Shown one piece after another: positions 1 to 10,000 of a stretch of DNA of 64,000 nt. The stretch spans positions 16,340 through 80,339 of IMG/VR virus record IMGVR_UViG_3300029319_000019; one strand, given 5' to 3'. The number at the start of each line of letters is the position of its first letter. Within the stretch, counting starts at the first letter, position 1. The DNA comes from a virus. The notes below the pieces were generated by a model. That model saw only the letters and a program-made list of their open reading frames with translations, was not told the DNA's origin and ran no database searches. The position numbers were made by a program, and so were the translations under genes.

Positions 1-1451
1 AGAGAGTTTTTTGCATTATCTAAGAAGCCTCCATTTCTAACATCAGCTATTGTTTGAGCCATGTGCTTTCTATTAGAATATTCTTTAGACATGGCCATGC
101 CACCGCCTCTCATTAAAGCTCCTACTAAAAATCCAACAAGCATAGACTCTTGACCTTCTCGTGACCCAAATGTTTCGGAGAAGCCTTTATTTAAGGCCTT
201 AATCATATCTCCATATCCTCCATTCTTATATCTATCAGAGTGATATGTAGATGAAAAAGTACTAGATGCAAACTGAAATCCTTCCTGGAATGCTTCCGTA
301 ATACCAGCTCTACCCATGTCTGTAGCTTTACGTAATGTGCCTTTCCAAAAGCCATCATTAGCAAATTTACTTACAGCTTTTTTAGATGCTGCATCAAATA
401 TAACATCCGTGTTTACTTTAGTAGCTGTGTTAAAGCCCATCATTTGTTTACCAAACATTATAAAGTTTGTTCCCGCAAGAACGGGTAGCTGTGATATAAA
501 GTTTGTATTACCTGCAGCATAAGACGTATCTTCTATATCTTTTAATACATCTGCTGGTATTTGTGATAAATTGTCAACACCATCAGTTCTTTCAATATAA
601 GCTTTTGTAAGATCGTCAAAGGTGCTTCTTTGAGTTTCCCTAGCTTCTACAGATGCTTCTGCCATAGACATCATTAACGCTCCATCTACAGAACTCAAGA
701 ATGTTTTATATGCACCCGCAGTGCCTTTCATTCCCTTAAGATTATTAGCTAATTTTGTTCCGTTTGTAACAGCTGTCACTGCCCTATTTAAAGATTTTAA
801 TTTGTTTGCACCTGCTAATGCTCTTATTCCTTTATCAGCTATTCCTACTGCTCCAAGTCCTCCTGTCAAATACATGGTAGCAATAGATCCAAGAGAATAA
901 CCTATACCGTTTGCAAAAGTATCAGCCCAAAAGTTAGCTGTGCCTAACCTTCTAAACCCACTCATGTTCTGCTCTTCTCTTGTGAGATAGTTAGGCATGT
1001 TCTCACGCATCCAATCGTTAGTCTTATCTACAGTTCTACCTATAAAGTTATCATAATATGCACCTCCGCTAAACACTTCGCCTAACCCAAACATTACACC
1101 CAAAGTGTTTTCAGCTACAGCTCCAAGTGTAGTAACACCTGCCTTAGCTAAACCATTACCCCACTGATCAGCTGTAGATTGATTTCTAGCACGAATCTCT
1201 TCCCAGTCTAATAATTGTCCTCTAGGCACATTGTACTTAGCAAACTTATCAAGATCTCTTGTACCTAGATAGTCTGTTCTAAACAACAGCCCTTGATCGT
1301 AACCAGGATTACCTAAATTTATCTGTGGTGTAGGGGCTTGCAACGCCTTACCAGTTATAGGATTTATTGGAGTTTCCACTCCTGTAGTAGTGCTAGTAGT
1401 TGGCTGACCGCCTACTGGTAGTCCTGTTATTGGATTAATAGTTTCTGACAT
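1..1451 (-). CDS. N-terminal part (runs off window edge) of a giant crassvirus virion cargo protein, probably of the virion RNA polymerase-associated cluster
   Basis: Not in the ORF track. ATG at 1451 overlaps the TAA of the upstream gene (TAATG). Read by hand as an open frame to position 1 (MSETINPITGLPVGG...RARNQSTADQWGNGLAKAG...NFWADTFANGIGYSLGSIA...EASVEARE...EAFQEGFQ). Gly/Ala-rich hydrophobic helices and position after the muzzle and cargo genes match crassvirus giant ejected proteins. Confidence 0.75.
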   Translation of the reverse strand, partial: MSETINPITGLPVGGQPTTSTTTGVETPINPITGKALQAPTPQINLGNPGYDQGLLFRTDYLGTRDLDKFAKYNVPRGQLLDWEEIRARNQSTADQWGNGLAKAGVTTLGAVAENTLGVMFGLGEVFSGGAYYDNFIGRTVDKTNDWMRENMPNYLTREEQNMSGFRRLGTANFWADTFANGIGYSLGSIATMYLTGGLGAVGIADKGIRALAGANKLKSLNRAVTAVTNGTKLANNLKGMKGTAGAYKTFLSSVDGALMMSMAEASVEARETQRSTFDDLTKAYIERTDGVDNLSQIPADVLKDIEDTSYAAGNTNFISQLPVLAGTNFIMFGKQMMGFNTATKVNTDVIFDAASKKAVSKFANDGFWKGTLRKATDMGRAGITEAFQEGFQFASSTFSSTYHSDRYKNGGYGDMIKALNKGFSETFGSREGQESMLVGFLVGALMRGGGMAMSKEYSNRKHMAQTIADVRNGGFLDNAKNS

Positions 1452-3847
1452 TACAGTTTAGTTCTAATTTCGTATCCTAGCTTTGCAGCATCATTTACAA
1501 ATGTAACAAACTCTGGGCTATCTACTCTGTAAGTTACATCTCTACCTTTAGTTGGGTCAAACAATGTTACCTTATCTGATGCACCTGAGAATGAGAAAGT
1601 AGCTGAACCTGTTTCTTCACCATCTGGTCCGTATATTGCCATGTCTGCACTAGGAGCACCTGTATGTTTATGTAAGTTCATCTCCATCTGTAGTAGGTAT
1701 CCAGGAGAGTTAAAGTATTGATCCATTTGTTTGTTTCTAATATTACTATATGGTAATATTATTTCCTTACTTACATTTTTATTATTCTTATCCTTACCAA
1801 CTACTGTTAGTTGTAATGTAGGCTCACCAAATGCTGGAGTAGTATGGAATAATACATTTTTAACTTGAATCTCTTCACTACTCCATCCTAAATCTTTAAC
1901 CATTTCAGCTACAGTTCCAATCCCTCTTTGCTGTTTACCGTCCCAATAGATATTAAATGTTTTATCTAGTGGCGTAGACTTAAAGAATTCTTTTACATAC
2001 TTAGTGTTTTTTGTAACATCTTGAGGAGTCATGCCTGGCATGTTGTTAGATGCAAAGGTACCTTTAGTTAATGTAGAATTTTCCTCTAACCATCTATCTA
2101 TCTCTTTCTTGTCTGCCTTTCCTGCATCTGTTAAAGCATTTAAAGATCTTAAAACCGCAAAAGAATCAGACTTATCTCCAAACATATTTTGTACAGCTAA
2201 AGCTCTTTTATATCTATTATGATCAGGATGGCTAGGATCTTGTAATATTCTAGGATCAATCTTAGTAGAAGTTCTAAAAGGATTAACTGTTTCAAAGAAA
2301 GATTCTTCTCCATATATGTCACCTATATCATCTCTGATATTAATAAGATCTATTAGAGTTAGGCTAGGATCGTTAAGAACTTGTCTAGCTCTATCTAATA
2401 ATTCCTGACCTGTGTACTTTCCAAATTCTTGATTAAGTTTAGACTCATCAGTTATGCCAGTTGCTTCGTAAGCTCTCCTCAATCTCTCCTGTTGTATAAC
2501 GACTTGTTTTTTAATAGTCATTACTTTATATCTCATTTCTTGGAATACAGCATTATCTTTTAACTCTTCAGGTACGTTATTAGATATAATATCCTGCTCA
2601 GTAAGTTTTCTACCATCAGTTAAAAATGGAGCAGCTAAAGAGTTAACATCTTGTACAGTTTTAGTTACTGTATTAAGGTTTAAATCAATATTAGCTCCAA
2701 TCTCTGCAGACGTTCTACCACCTATATCATCAAGCTGATTAACTTCTGTAAGTTTAAGTACATTTGGAGTGCTATTTTCTAGTTCAAAATTATAATCAGC
2801 TGTCCATTTTGCTGAATATTCAACAGCGCTGTTCTGATCTACATTCTTAAACACAAACTTGTCATAAGATGTTTGTAGCTCTCTATTAATGTCTTGTTGT
2901 ATTACAGAGTTTTTAAGATAAGTTCTACGCTGTGCAGTAAGATCTTCTCCACTGCCTGTATCATTTAATAATCTTTCTTGTTCTTTTATTATATTATCAA
3001 GTCTTTGTGCTTCTTTATCGTTACCAGAATCAATTGCCTCTTGTCTTTGTTCTATTAGACCTTTAGAGTCTGGATTGTCTTCATCACCATATAATGTAGT
3101 AGATATTCTAGATCGTATCTCTTCATCACTCAAGTGGAATGTTCTTAGTTCTCCTTTTTGTTGAAATGCTGCTGCAACATCAGGGTCTTGCATTATGTTG
3201 TTAAATACACTAGCAACTCTTTCGGGACTAATCTCTTCAACATCAATACCATTAGTAACATAGAAGTTACCATCTTTACTGATTACTTTACCTTCGTTAC
3301 CATACTTTCTTACCGCAACATCTTTCATTTGCTCTGACATCATTGCTTGAATGTCAACATCGTCAACCACATTAAACCCAGAGAAGAAAGAACTTTGATC
3401 TATTGTACCATCTTCATTTTTTTGTAGTCCTGAGTATTCATGTCTAGATCTCTGCAAGGCAAGAGCTCTTGTTTCAGAGTCTATTCTCTTATCGTCATAT
3501 AGCTTATTAAGATTCTCTCTATATGCATTGTATGCTTCATAGTTCTTTTTAATAGGCTGATATTGCTGATCAAAGACTCTAGCACTTTTAGCTACATCCA
3601 TCATCATAGTTTCATAATCACCACGGCCCGCCCTGTCCATTAGTTGTTGTCTAGTACTTTGCTCTAACTGATTCTTAAGATCTTGGTCGCCTGCAAAATC
3701 TGCAGCTTGCATTTGATCTACAGCTCCTGCTAATGCATCATCAGCATTGAATGCTTGTTGAAACCTTTGTCTTTGTAGCGCATTTATCTGTACAGATCCT
3801 GGATCTCTATAAACACTTTGGTAGGGTTTTAAACTATATCTACTCAT
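1451..3847 (-). CDS. Virion cargo (ejected) protein, 798 aa
   Basis: Helical Q/D/E-rich protein starting MSRYSLKPYQSVY. Lies between the C1-like cargo gene and the giant protein, as in crassvirus cargo clusters. Confidence 0.6.
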   Translation of the reverse strand: MSRYSLKPYQSVYRDPGSVQINALQRQRFQQAFNADDALAGAVDQMQAADFAGDQDLKNQLEQSTRQQLMDRAGRGDYETMMMDVAKSARVFDQQYQPIKKNYEAYNAYRENLNKLYDDKRIDSETRALALQRSRHEYSGLQKNEDGTIDQSSFFSGFNVVDDVDIQAMMSEQMKDVAVRKYGNEGKVISKDGNFYVTNGIDVEEISPERVASVFNNIMQDPDVAAAFQQKGELRTFHLSDEEIRSRISTTLYGDEDNPDSKGLIEQRQEAIDSGNDKEAQRLDNIIKEQERLLNDTGSGEDLTAQRRTYLKNSVIQQDINRELQTSYDKFVFKNVDQNSAVEYSAKWTADYNFELENSTPNVLKLTEVNQLDDIGGRTSAEIGANIDLNLNTVTKTVQDVNSLAAPFLTDGRKLTEQDIISNNVPEELKDNAVFQEMRYKVMTIKKQVVIQQERLRRAYEATGITDESKLNQEFGKYTGQELLDRARQVLNDPSLTLIDLINIRDDIGDIYGEESFFETVNPFRTSTKIDPRILQDPSHPDHNRYKRALAVQNMFGDKSDSFAVLRSLNALTDAGKADKKEIDRWLEENSTLTKGTFASNNMPGMTPQDVTKNTKYVKEFFKSTPLDKTFNIYWDGKQQRGIGTVAEMVKDLGWSSEEIQVKNVLFHTTPAFGEPTLQLTVVGKDKNNKNVSKEIILPYSNIRNKQMDQYFNSPGYLLQMEMNLHKHTGAPSADMAIYGPDGEETGSATFSFSGASDKVTLFDPTKGRDVTYRVDSPEFVTFVNDAAKLGYEIRTKL

Positions 3848-6800
3848 TATTTATCTTCTTTTTTATCGTCCTCTTTGGTAGCAGTTGGCTTCGCAAAACG
3901 CTTGTTAAATAGCTCAGCTATGTCAGCATTTGTATATGGTTGACCTGTTCTAGGATTAATTTGATTTCTTAAGAAGTTTCTTAATCTATCTCTTTCATAG
4001 ATTCCCATATCACCAGTAGCTCTTGCTAGTCTCTCACTCGCTTGATAAGACATTGCATCACCTGCTAATCCTGCAATACCTTGCGCAAATGTATCAACTG
4101 CACCTAATCTTCTATTAGACTGTGCAATACGTTCAGCTTCTCTTGCTGCAGTATTAATTTGATTTACACGTAAAGCATTTTGTATATTCTGCGTTCTTGC
4201 TTGCATTTGCATTTGAGCTTCTCTATTTGCAATCTGAGTATTTATTCTAGACTCTTGTGCAGCAATCTTCATATCACCTTCTTGTTTACGTCTGTATGCA
4301 GACATCTTAGCAATGATACCAGCTGGTCCAATACCACTAGTTTCAATAAATCTATTTATCGCTCTATTGTCTGCTGCATTAGCTGCACGCTCTGCATTGA
4401 AGTTAACTCTATCTAGTGCAGGAGCTTTTATTCTACCAGGCGCACCCATTTGTTCTACCGGCTTGTCTTTCTTAAAGAAGGAATATGCTGCTGGTAATAA
4501 CTGTGTTACCCCTGCAGCTATTGCTAAACCTGGTACATTTCTATTAAGTCTTTTAAGAGCTTTCTGTTCTTGCTCTGTTAATTCAACATTACTCTTTGCT
4601 TTATCTATTAAAGCTTGATCCTCTTCTGAAAGCTGCTCATTAATTTGATTTTGTAAATTTAATGCACTCTGCACACCTTGATTTGGATCTACGTTTATTT
4701 CTACTAAGTCATCAAAAGGATTAGGTACTACATTCTCTGAAAGTGTATATTTATTAGGATCTATACCAGGATAAAATAGCTCTTGTCCCTCTTCTTGTCC
4801 CTCTTTCTCTTTCTTTTCTTCTTTTTTAACTTTTTTCTCTTCTTCTTTACTAGCTGGAGGAACAGCACCGCTAGGCCCTAATAAATTTAGTTCCTCACTC
4901 ATTTTATCTATACCGCTTATTGGGTTATATAAATTTATTCCCTGACTAAAGTCATCTATACCATCCATATTAAGATCTGACATTATAACATTTCCTAGTG
5001 GGTCTACACCCCCTAACTGATAGTAACCACCCGCACCTAACTTAACAACGTTAGGATTTCTACCTGCTTTCTTTTCTTGTAGCTTAGCTAGTGCATCAAT
5101 ATCTTTTTGACGTCCACCATTCTTTAGTATATCTTTATGTCTTTGTGCAAATGACTTACCTCCCATCTTTAAATGTTGTGAGAAGAAGTAATCTCCTACA
5201 CCACCTTTCTTCATGGTTACTTTATCCATAGTCTCTCCACCCTCTACCTCTGTCATAGGATCTAGCATTATGCCTCCTTGCTCATGACTTCTACCTTTAA
5301 ACTCTACAGCATCACTACCTGGTATAGGTTTCATTTTACCTCCTGGTAGTTTTACACCACCTCTTTGATATACTTTATTAAAATACTTATCCATACTTGT
5401 AGGATCTCCTGCAGCTCCTGTGCCGTATAGTGCTGGCATGTCACTAGCATCTTGCATAGGGTTAACTAAAGATACTGTTTTTAAAAGTGGTGCTGCTGAG
5501 GCCGCTCCAACTCTTAAAAGTTTAGAACCCATAAGTAAACCTTTTTTTGCAGCTTTTTTAAGACCCATCTTTTCTACAACATTGCTAACACCTGATACTA
5601 TATTATCAACTGCGCTAGGTTTTATTTGTTTTATAATTCTTTGACTAGGAGGCATTGGTATGTTAGGTCTAGGCATATTTTGCAATACTCCAGGAGCCCC
5701 GCCTGTTTGATAATACCCACCATATCTAGCAACATCCTTACCAAAGTCAAATCCAGAATACTCTCTAGCTTTTAAACTTTCCATTTTCTGTCTTTGTAAT
5801 ACTTTTGCAATTTCCCCTCTTTTCTTTCTTTCGGCTTTTGCCATCTCTTTCCTAGCCTTACCTCTTTTTACAAGACCTCCAATTCCTGACACCCCTGCTC
5901 CTATAATACCACCAATCAACGCAGTAACAGGTGCAGCAGGTCCGCCAATCATACCTCCTATACCTGCCCCTGTTCCTAGACCTTGAAGTAATGAACCAGT
6001 TGTTTCTCCTACATTCATTGTTGTAGCATCATCATCGTCTGCTAATTTTTTAACACCCATACCTGCTAAGGATGCAACCAGAGCTGGATTTAACATTGAT
6101 GCTGCAGTAGATGTGCCACCTGTAATAGAACCTGTTAAAAACTCTCCTGCTTTTGCAGCTCCAGTTCCAGCAGTTGCAGATCCTAAATTAGCTATAGATT
6201 GTTTTGCTCCGGCAGCTACCTTAGACAAACCAGTGCTTAGTTTACTGCCCCCAGATACACCCATTACCTCAAATCCCGCTGGTACTTCTGCTCCAGGTAG
6301 TATAGACAGTTCTGCTCCTGTTGCAGGATTTACAGCAAATTGCACACCCTTTGGTGCTGATGCTAGCCCCATTGATTCTGAAACTCCTTTACCATATAAG
6401 TCTGCACCTGTTTTAATTAGTGAAGGATCAGCAGTACTAGCTACCCCAACTGGCATAAAGTTACCAGCCTCATCTTTTATTTTTTCTCCTGTTTTAGGAT
6501 CTACTTTAAACTTTTTACTTTTATCTGCTAAATCTAAAACTTGTTCACCTATACCTTGAACAGTTTGCATTCGTGCTTCTTGCTTAGCTATTTCTTGCTG
6601 AGCTTCATCTTGATATTTAGTAGATTCTTGTGCTGCTTTTAAATCTTCTTCTATAGCTTTTAGTTTAGCAGGATCTGCTTCCTGATATGTAATGGAAGAT
6701 GTTTCCGGTACACCTGGTAATGTATTAGCGCCATACATAGGGGCTTGTTGTAATCCACCTGCTTGGTAGTAACCCATACGTCTCATGAATTCTTTATTAC

Positions 6801-7011
6801 TACTTTTAGGGTAACCGCCTTCTTGCATAGTATCAGCTAGTTTACCAATCTTTTTAGATTGTGCTGCATGTAGCTTAGATGCCTTAGCTAACTGCTTAGA
6901 TACTTTACTAAGAGTTTTTGACTTTCCACCTTTTAACATTCTCTTAGGCTTCTTGCCAGCTTTCTTCATTGATATTGCTATTGCTGCTTGTTGCGCTCTT
7001 GATTTTGCCAT
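3847..7011 (-). CDS. Cargo protein 1-like internal virion protein (crAss001 gp45-like), 1054 aa, with Gly-rich transmembrane-like segments and repeated xxGG motifs
   Basis: Directly downstream of the muzzle gene. Contains the G-x-SHEQGGI...EVEGGE...FS motif, a Gly-zipper hydrophobic segment (GLGTGAGIGGMIGG...GGIIGAGVSGIGG) and a C-terminal Q/N/A-rich coiled coil. Confidence 0.7.
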   Translation of the reverse strand: MAKSRAQQAAIAISMKKAGKKPKRMLKGGKSKTLSKVSKQLAKASKLHAAQSKKIGKLADTMQEGGYPKSSNKEFMRRMGYYQAGGLQQAPMYGANTLPGVPETSSITYQEADPAKLKAIEEDLKAAQESTKYQDEAQQEIAKQEARMQTVQGIGEQVLDLADKSKKFKVDPKTGEKIKDEAGNFMPVGVASTADPSLIKTGADLYGKGVSESMGLASAPKGVQFAVNPATGAELSILPGAEVPAGFEVMGVSGGSKLSTGLSKVAAGAKQSIANLGSATAGTGAAKAGEFLTGSITGGTSTAASMLNPALVASLAGMGVKKLADDDDATTMNVGETTGSLLQGLGTGAGIGGMIGGPAAPVTALIGGIIGAGVSGIGGLVKRGKARKEMAKAERKKRGEIAKVLQRQKMESLKAREYSGFDFGKDVARYGGYYQTGGAPGVLQNMPRPNIPMPPSQRIIKQIKPSAVDNIVSGVSNVVEKMGLKKAAKKGLLMGSKLLRVGAASAAPLLKTVSLVNPMQDASDMPALYGTGAAGDPTSMDKYFNKVYQRGGVKLPGGKMKPIPGSDAVEFKGRSHEQGGIMLDPMTEVEGGETMDKVTMKKGGVGDYFFSQHLKMGGKSFAQRHKDILKNGGRQKDIDALAKLQEKKAGRNPNVVKLGAGGYYQLGGVDPLGNVIMSDLNMDGIDDFSQGINLYNPISGIDKMSEELNLLGPSGAVPPASKEEEKKVKKEEKKEKEGQEEGQELFYPGIDPNKYTLSENVVPNPFDDLVEINVDPNQGVQSALNLQNQINEQLSEEDQALIDKAKSNVELTEQEQKALKRLNRNVPGLAIAAGVTQLLPAAYSFFKKDKPVEQMGAPGRIKAPALDRVNFNAERAANAADNRAINRFIETSGIGPAGIIAKMSAYRRKQEGDMKIAAQESRINTQIANREAQMQMQARTQNIQNALRVNQINTAAREAERIAQSNRRLGAVDTFAQGIAGLAGDAMSYQASERLARATGDMGIYERDRLRNFLRNQINPRTGQPYTNADIAELFNKRFAKPTATKEDDKKEDK

Positions 7012-7013
7012 AA

Positions 7014-10000
7014 TTATCTATAGAATTTTTTTGCAGCCACGTTGGTGGAATACAAATTTATTAATTTTTTTGTAACATTGTCGTATTTTAAGCGAATTCC
7101 TATCCACTTATCTCTGAACTTTCTTTGTTTGTGCCATGATTTACCTGCATCTATAAAATTATTGTTTATAGTTTCAGTCATTCCATCAATATTAAACATT
7201 GGATTTGCATTTACTTGACCATCTGTAACTTCTACACCTGTTGTTATAGTACCTGCAACGTTAGCACCAGGTACACCAAAGTTACTGCCAGTGAAAGCTC
7301 CTGTGTAAATAGTATCATTACTAGTAGTTAATTTAGCTAAGTCTCTAAATTTATTTATCTTCCACTCATTACCTACCTGTCTAGTGTTTATCATATACTC
7401 TATGGGTTGTTCATCAGATATTTGATGTGTAGTGTATACGTAGAAACTATTGAAGCCATGGTCATTTGCAAGAACATTATGAGAATCTTCTACATCTACC
7501 ATATAATCAAAGCTGTAAAATATTTTATCAGAATCTTTACCTGAGTTATATATAAACTCAAACTCTGTTAAATAATTTTCAGTATAAAATCTACCTCTAT
7601 TAATTTCAGAACTATGAACCCAAACATTTCCATAACCTGGTGTAAATGATATAAGAGATTCACCGTGTCTACTGTATATATACGGTATGTAATCATGGAA
7701 TGAAACCCATACATTAAGTTCTACATCATACGAAATAGTCCAACCTGTTGATTCAAAATATTCAGTATCACTGTAATCAATAGGAGTTACTTCAAGCGTA
7801 GAGGCTCCAGTATCGCCTACCTCTCCTATACTAAACACTTCATTTACTATTTCAAATTGATTAGTGGTACTATTAAATTGTGCAATAGGGTACACAAGTT
7901 GTGATAACTGAGCAGCAAGTAAAAGTTCTAATAAATCCTCTGTTGGTTTTAAATCTCTCTTAGTTAAAAGTATCCTGTCATATCTTTCATCATACTCTGA
8001 GTGAAATCCTATACCAAGTATTGGATTATCAATGTCTGATGGCACACCATATTTTTCTAATGTAAAAGGTATGTTGTCTTGGAACCAGCTTTCCATACCC
8101 TGCTTGCCTATGTCATACAACTGATCTTTAAATAAAAATACTCTACGGTTTCTATAATCTAAAGTGAAGTATCCATGTTTAGTTACCATAGAAACCCATT
8201 GAGATTGTGTGCCCCCATATCCATATTTAGTTTGTATAATCTCATCTGGGTCTTGTGCAAATATGTCTCCACTACCTACAAAAGATTCTGTGCCATCTGA
8301 CATTTGCAGGGATTGTTTACCTTTAGTTCTAAATAAACTATCTTCTGTATGCAAGTATAGTAGATTGTTTAATGATAAAAGTTTCCATAAATCTCCTCTG
8401 TTACGCGGCAGGTCTTTAAATTGTAATGCTAAGAATACTCTATAGTTATCTATAAGACTTGTATTGTCTGCCTTTGCAGATCTTTGCACCCTTGTTTTAA
8501 ATATCTCTGGATCGGCCTCTCTAATAGGATAAGGCATTGGAGGTTTAATATCTGCTACTCCCAATGTATATGGATGAGAGTATAGCATAGCATCTTCTTT
8601 TGTTAAATCAACATCTGCTTTAAGATCTAACATTCTTTTAGCAGGGCTACCTGGGAAATAAGCACTTTCTTTATCTTTGTCATGTCTAAAGTTAATGTTA
8701 TCAGTTGACTCACATATTGTATAAATAAGAGTTTTATGATCCCATGGGGCACTAAGGTTATGCTCTGGTCTATGAGATATTCTATATCCATGTCTACATA
8801 AATATGTATCACCTCCCCACACTTCACCAGTCTCTCCAAAAACAGTAAATTCTGTAGCGTTCCCGTTTGCGTCTTCAACATAAGCACCAGGTTCTGTCCC
8901 ATCGTCGTTTAAAATAAAATTTTGTAAATCTTCTCCTAATACTTCATAACCTGTCCATATTAACTCTTGTGTATCAAAAGATAAATACATATCAGTTTTA
9001 AAAGCATGTAGATTATGAATTTGCAATTGAACTGGAGAAGGCGGATTTTCATAATAAAATTGTTGGTCAGGATTATTAGGATCTCCTAGTACAGGATCTT
9101 CAGGATTAATATGCCAAGGAGCGCCTGTACCTGCATCAGACCACCCTCCTTGATTAGGTTGCCTATTTGCTAAGTACCCTAACATTATACTAGATTCTCC
9201 CCCTAAATTATAGATACGTTGACCAAACCCTAAAGACCTTCCATCAAATATAGAATTACCTCGTAAATATGTTTTACATTTTTCTCTTATAGGGTAGTGT
9301 CTAAAGTTTGGTGCTATACTCTGTTGTTGATAATTAGTTCCTATATGAAAACTCTTGAAACTAGAATTTAATATACATTTAGGCCCGTCCCCTGCAGTAT
9401 AAGGAGTGTTACCTTGAAGATTTTCACCAAGGTTGTAATGAACATCTTCATAAGAGTGAAAAGGCCCTCCAAAAGATAACATGTCAACAGTATACTCGTG
9501 ACTTGTATGTGTTCCAGGCACTAAACTATTTTTTCTACTTAATAGATAAAAATCATGAAAAGTTGCAGAATTAATTGCCCCATTGTACAAAGCACCTGAT
9601 GCTAGTATAAAATCTTCTGAGGCATTAAGAGTTTGTACACCATCATCTATGGTCCCTAATGTATCTATAGCCGCGTCACCAGCACAGTCAGATAGATCTA
9701 TATCAAATTGCGAAATATTTTTTTTCAAAAGGTCTTGTCCAAGTATTCTTCTATTACTATGTTTTCTTTCAGCATAGTATATTCTAAACCCTTGCACTTT
9801 GTCTGCAATATCTACTGGTATTTTAATATCTTTAAACCTTACCCCTAAAGGTCTTACTTCATGTGCTATCTGTCCTGCTAGGTTAGTATCAGTAACCTGA
9901 GCTTGCCATATAAAAATTCCGTATGTAACTTGGCTTGGCCATGTGCCTAAATCACCTTGACCTGGTAAATTACCACTTCCAAAGAAATCAACACTATTGT

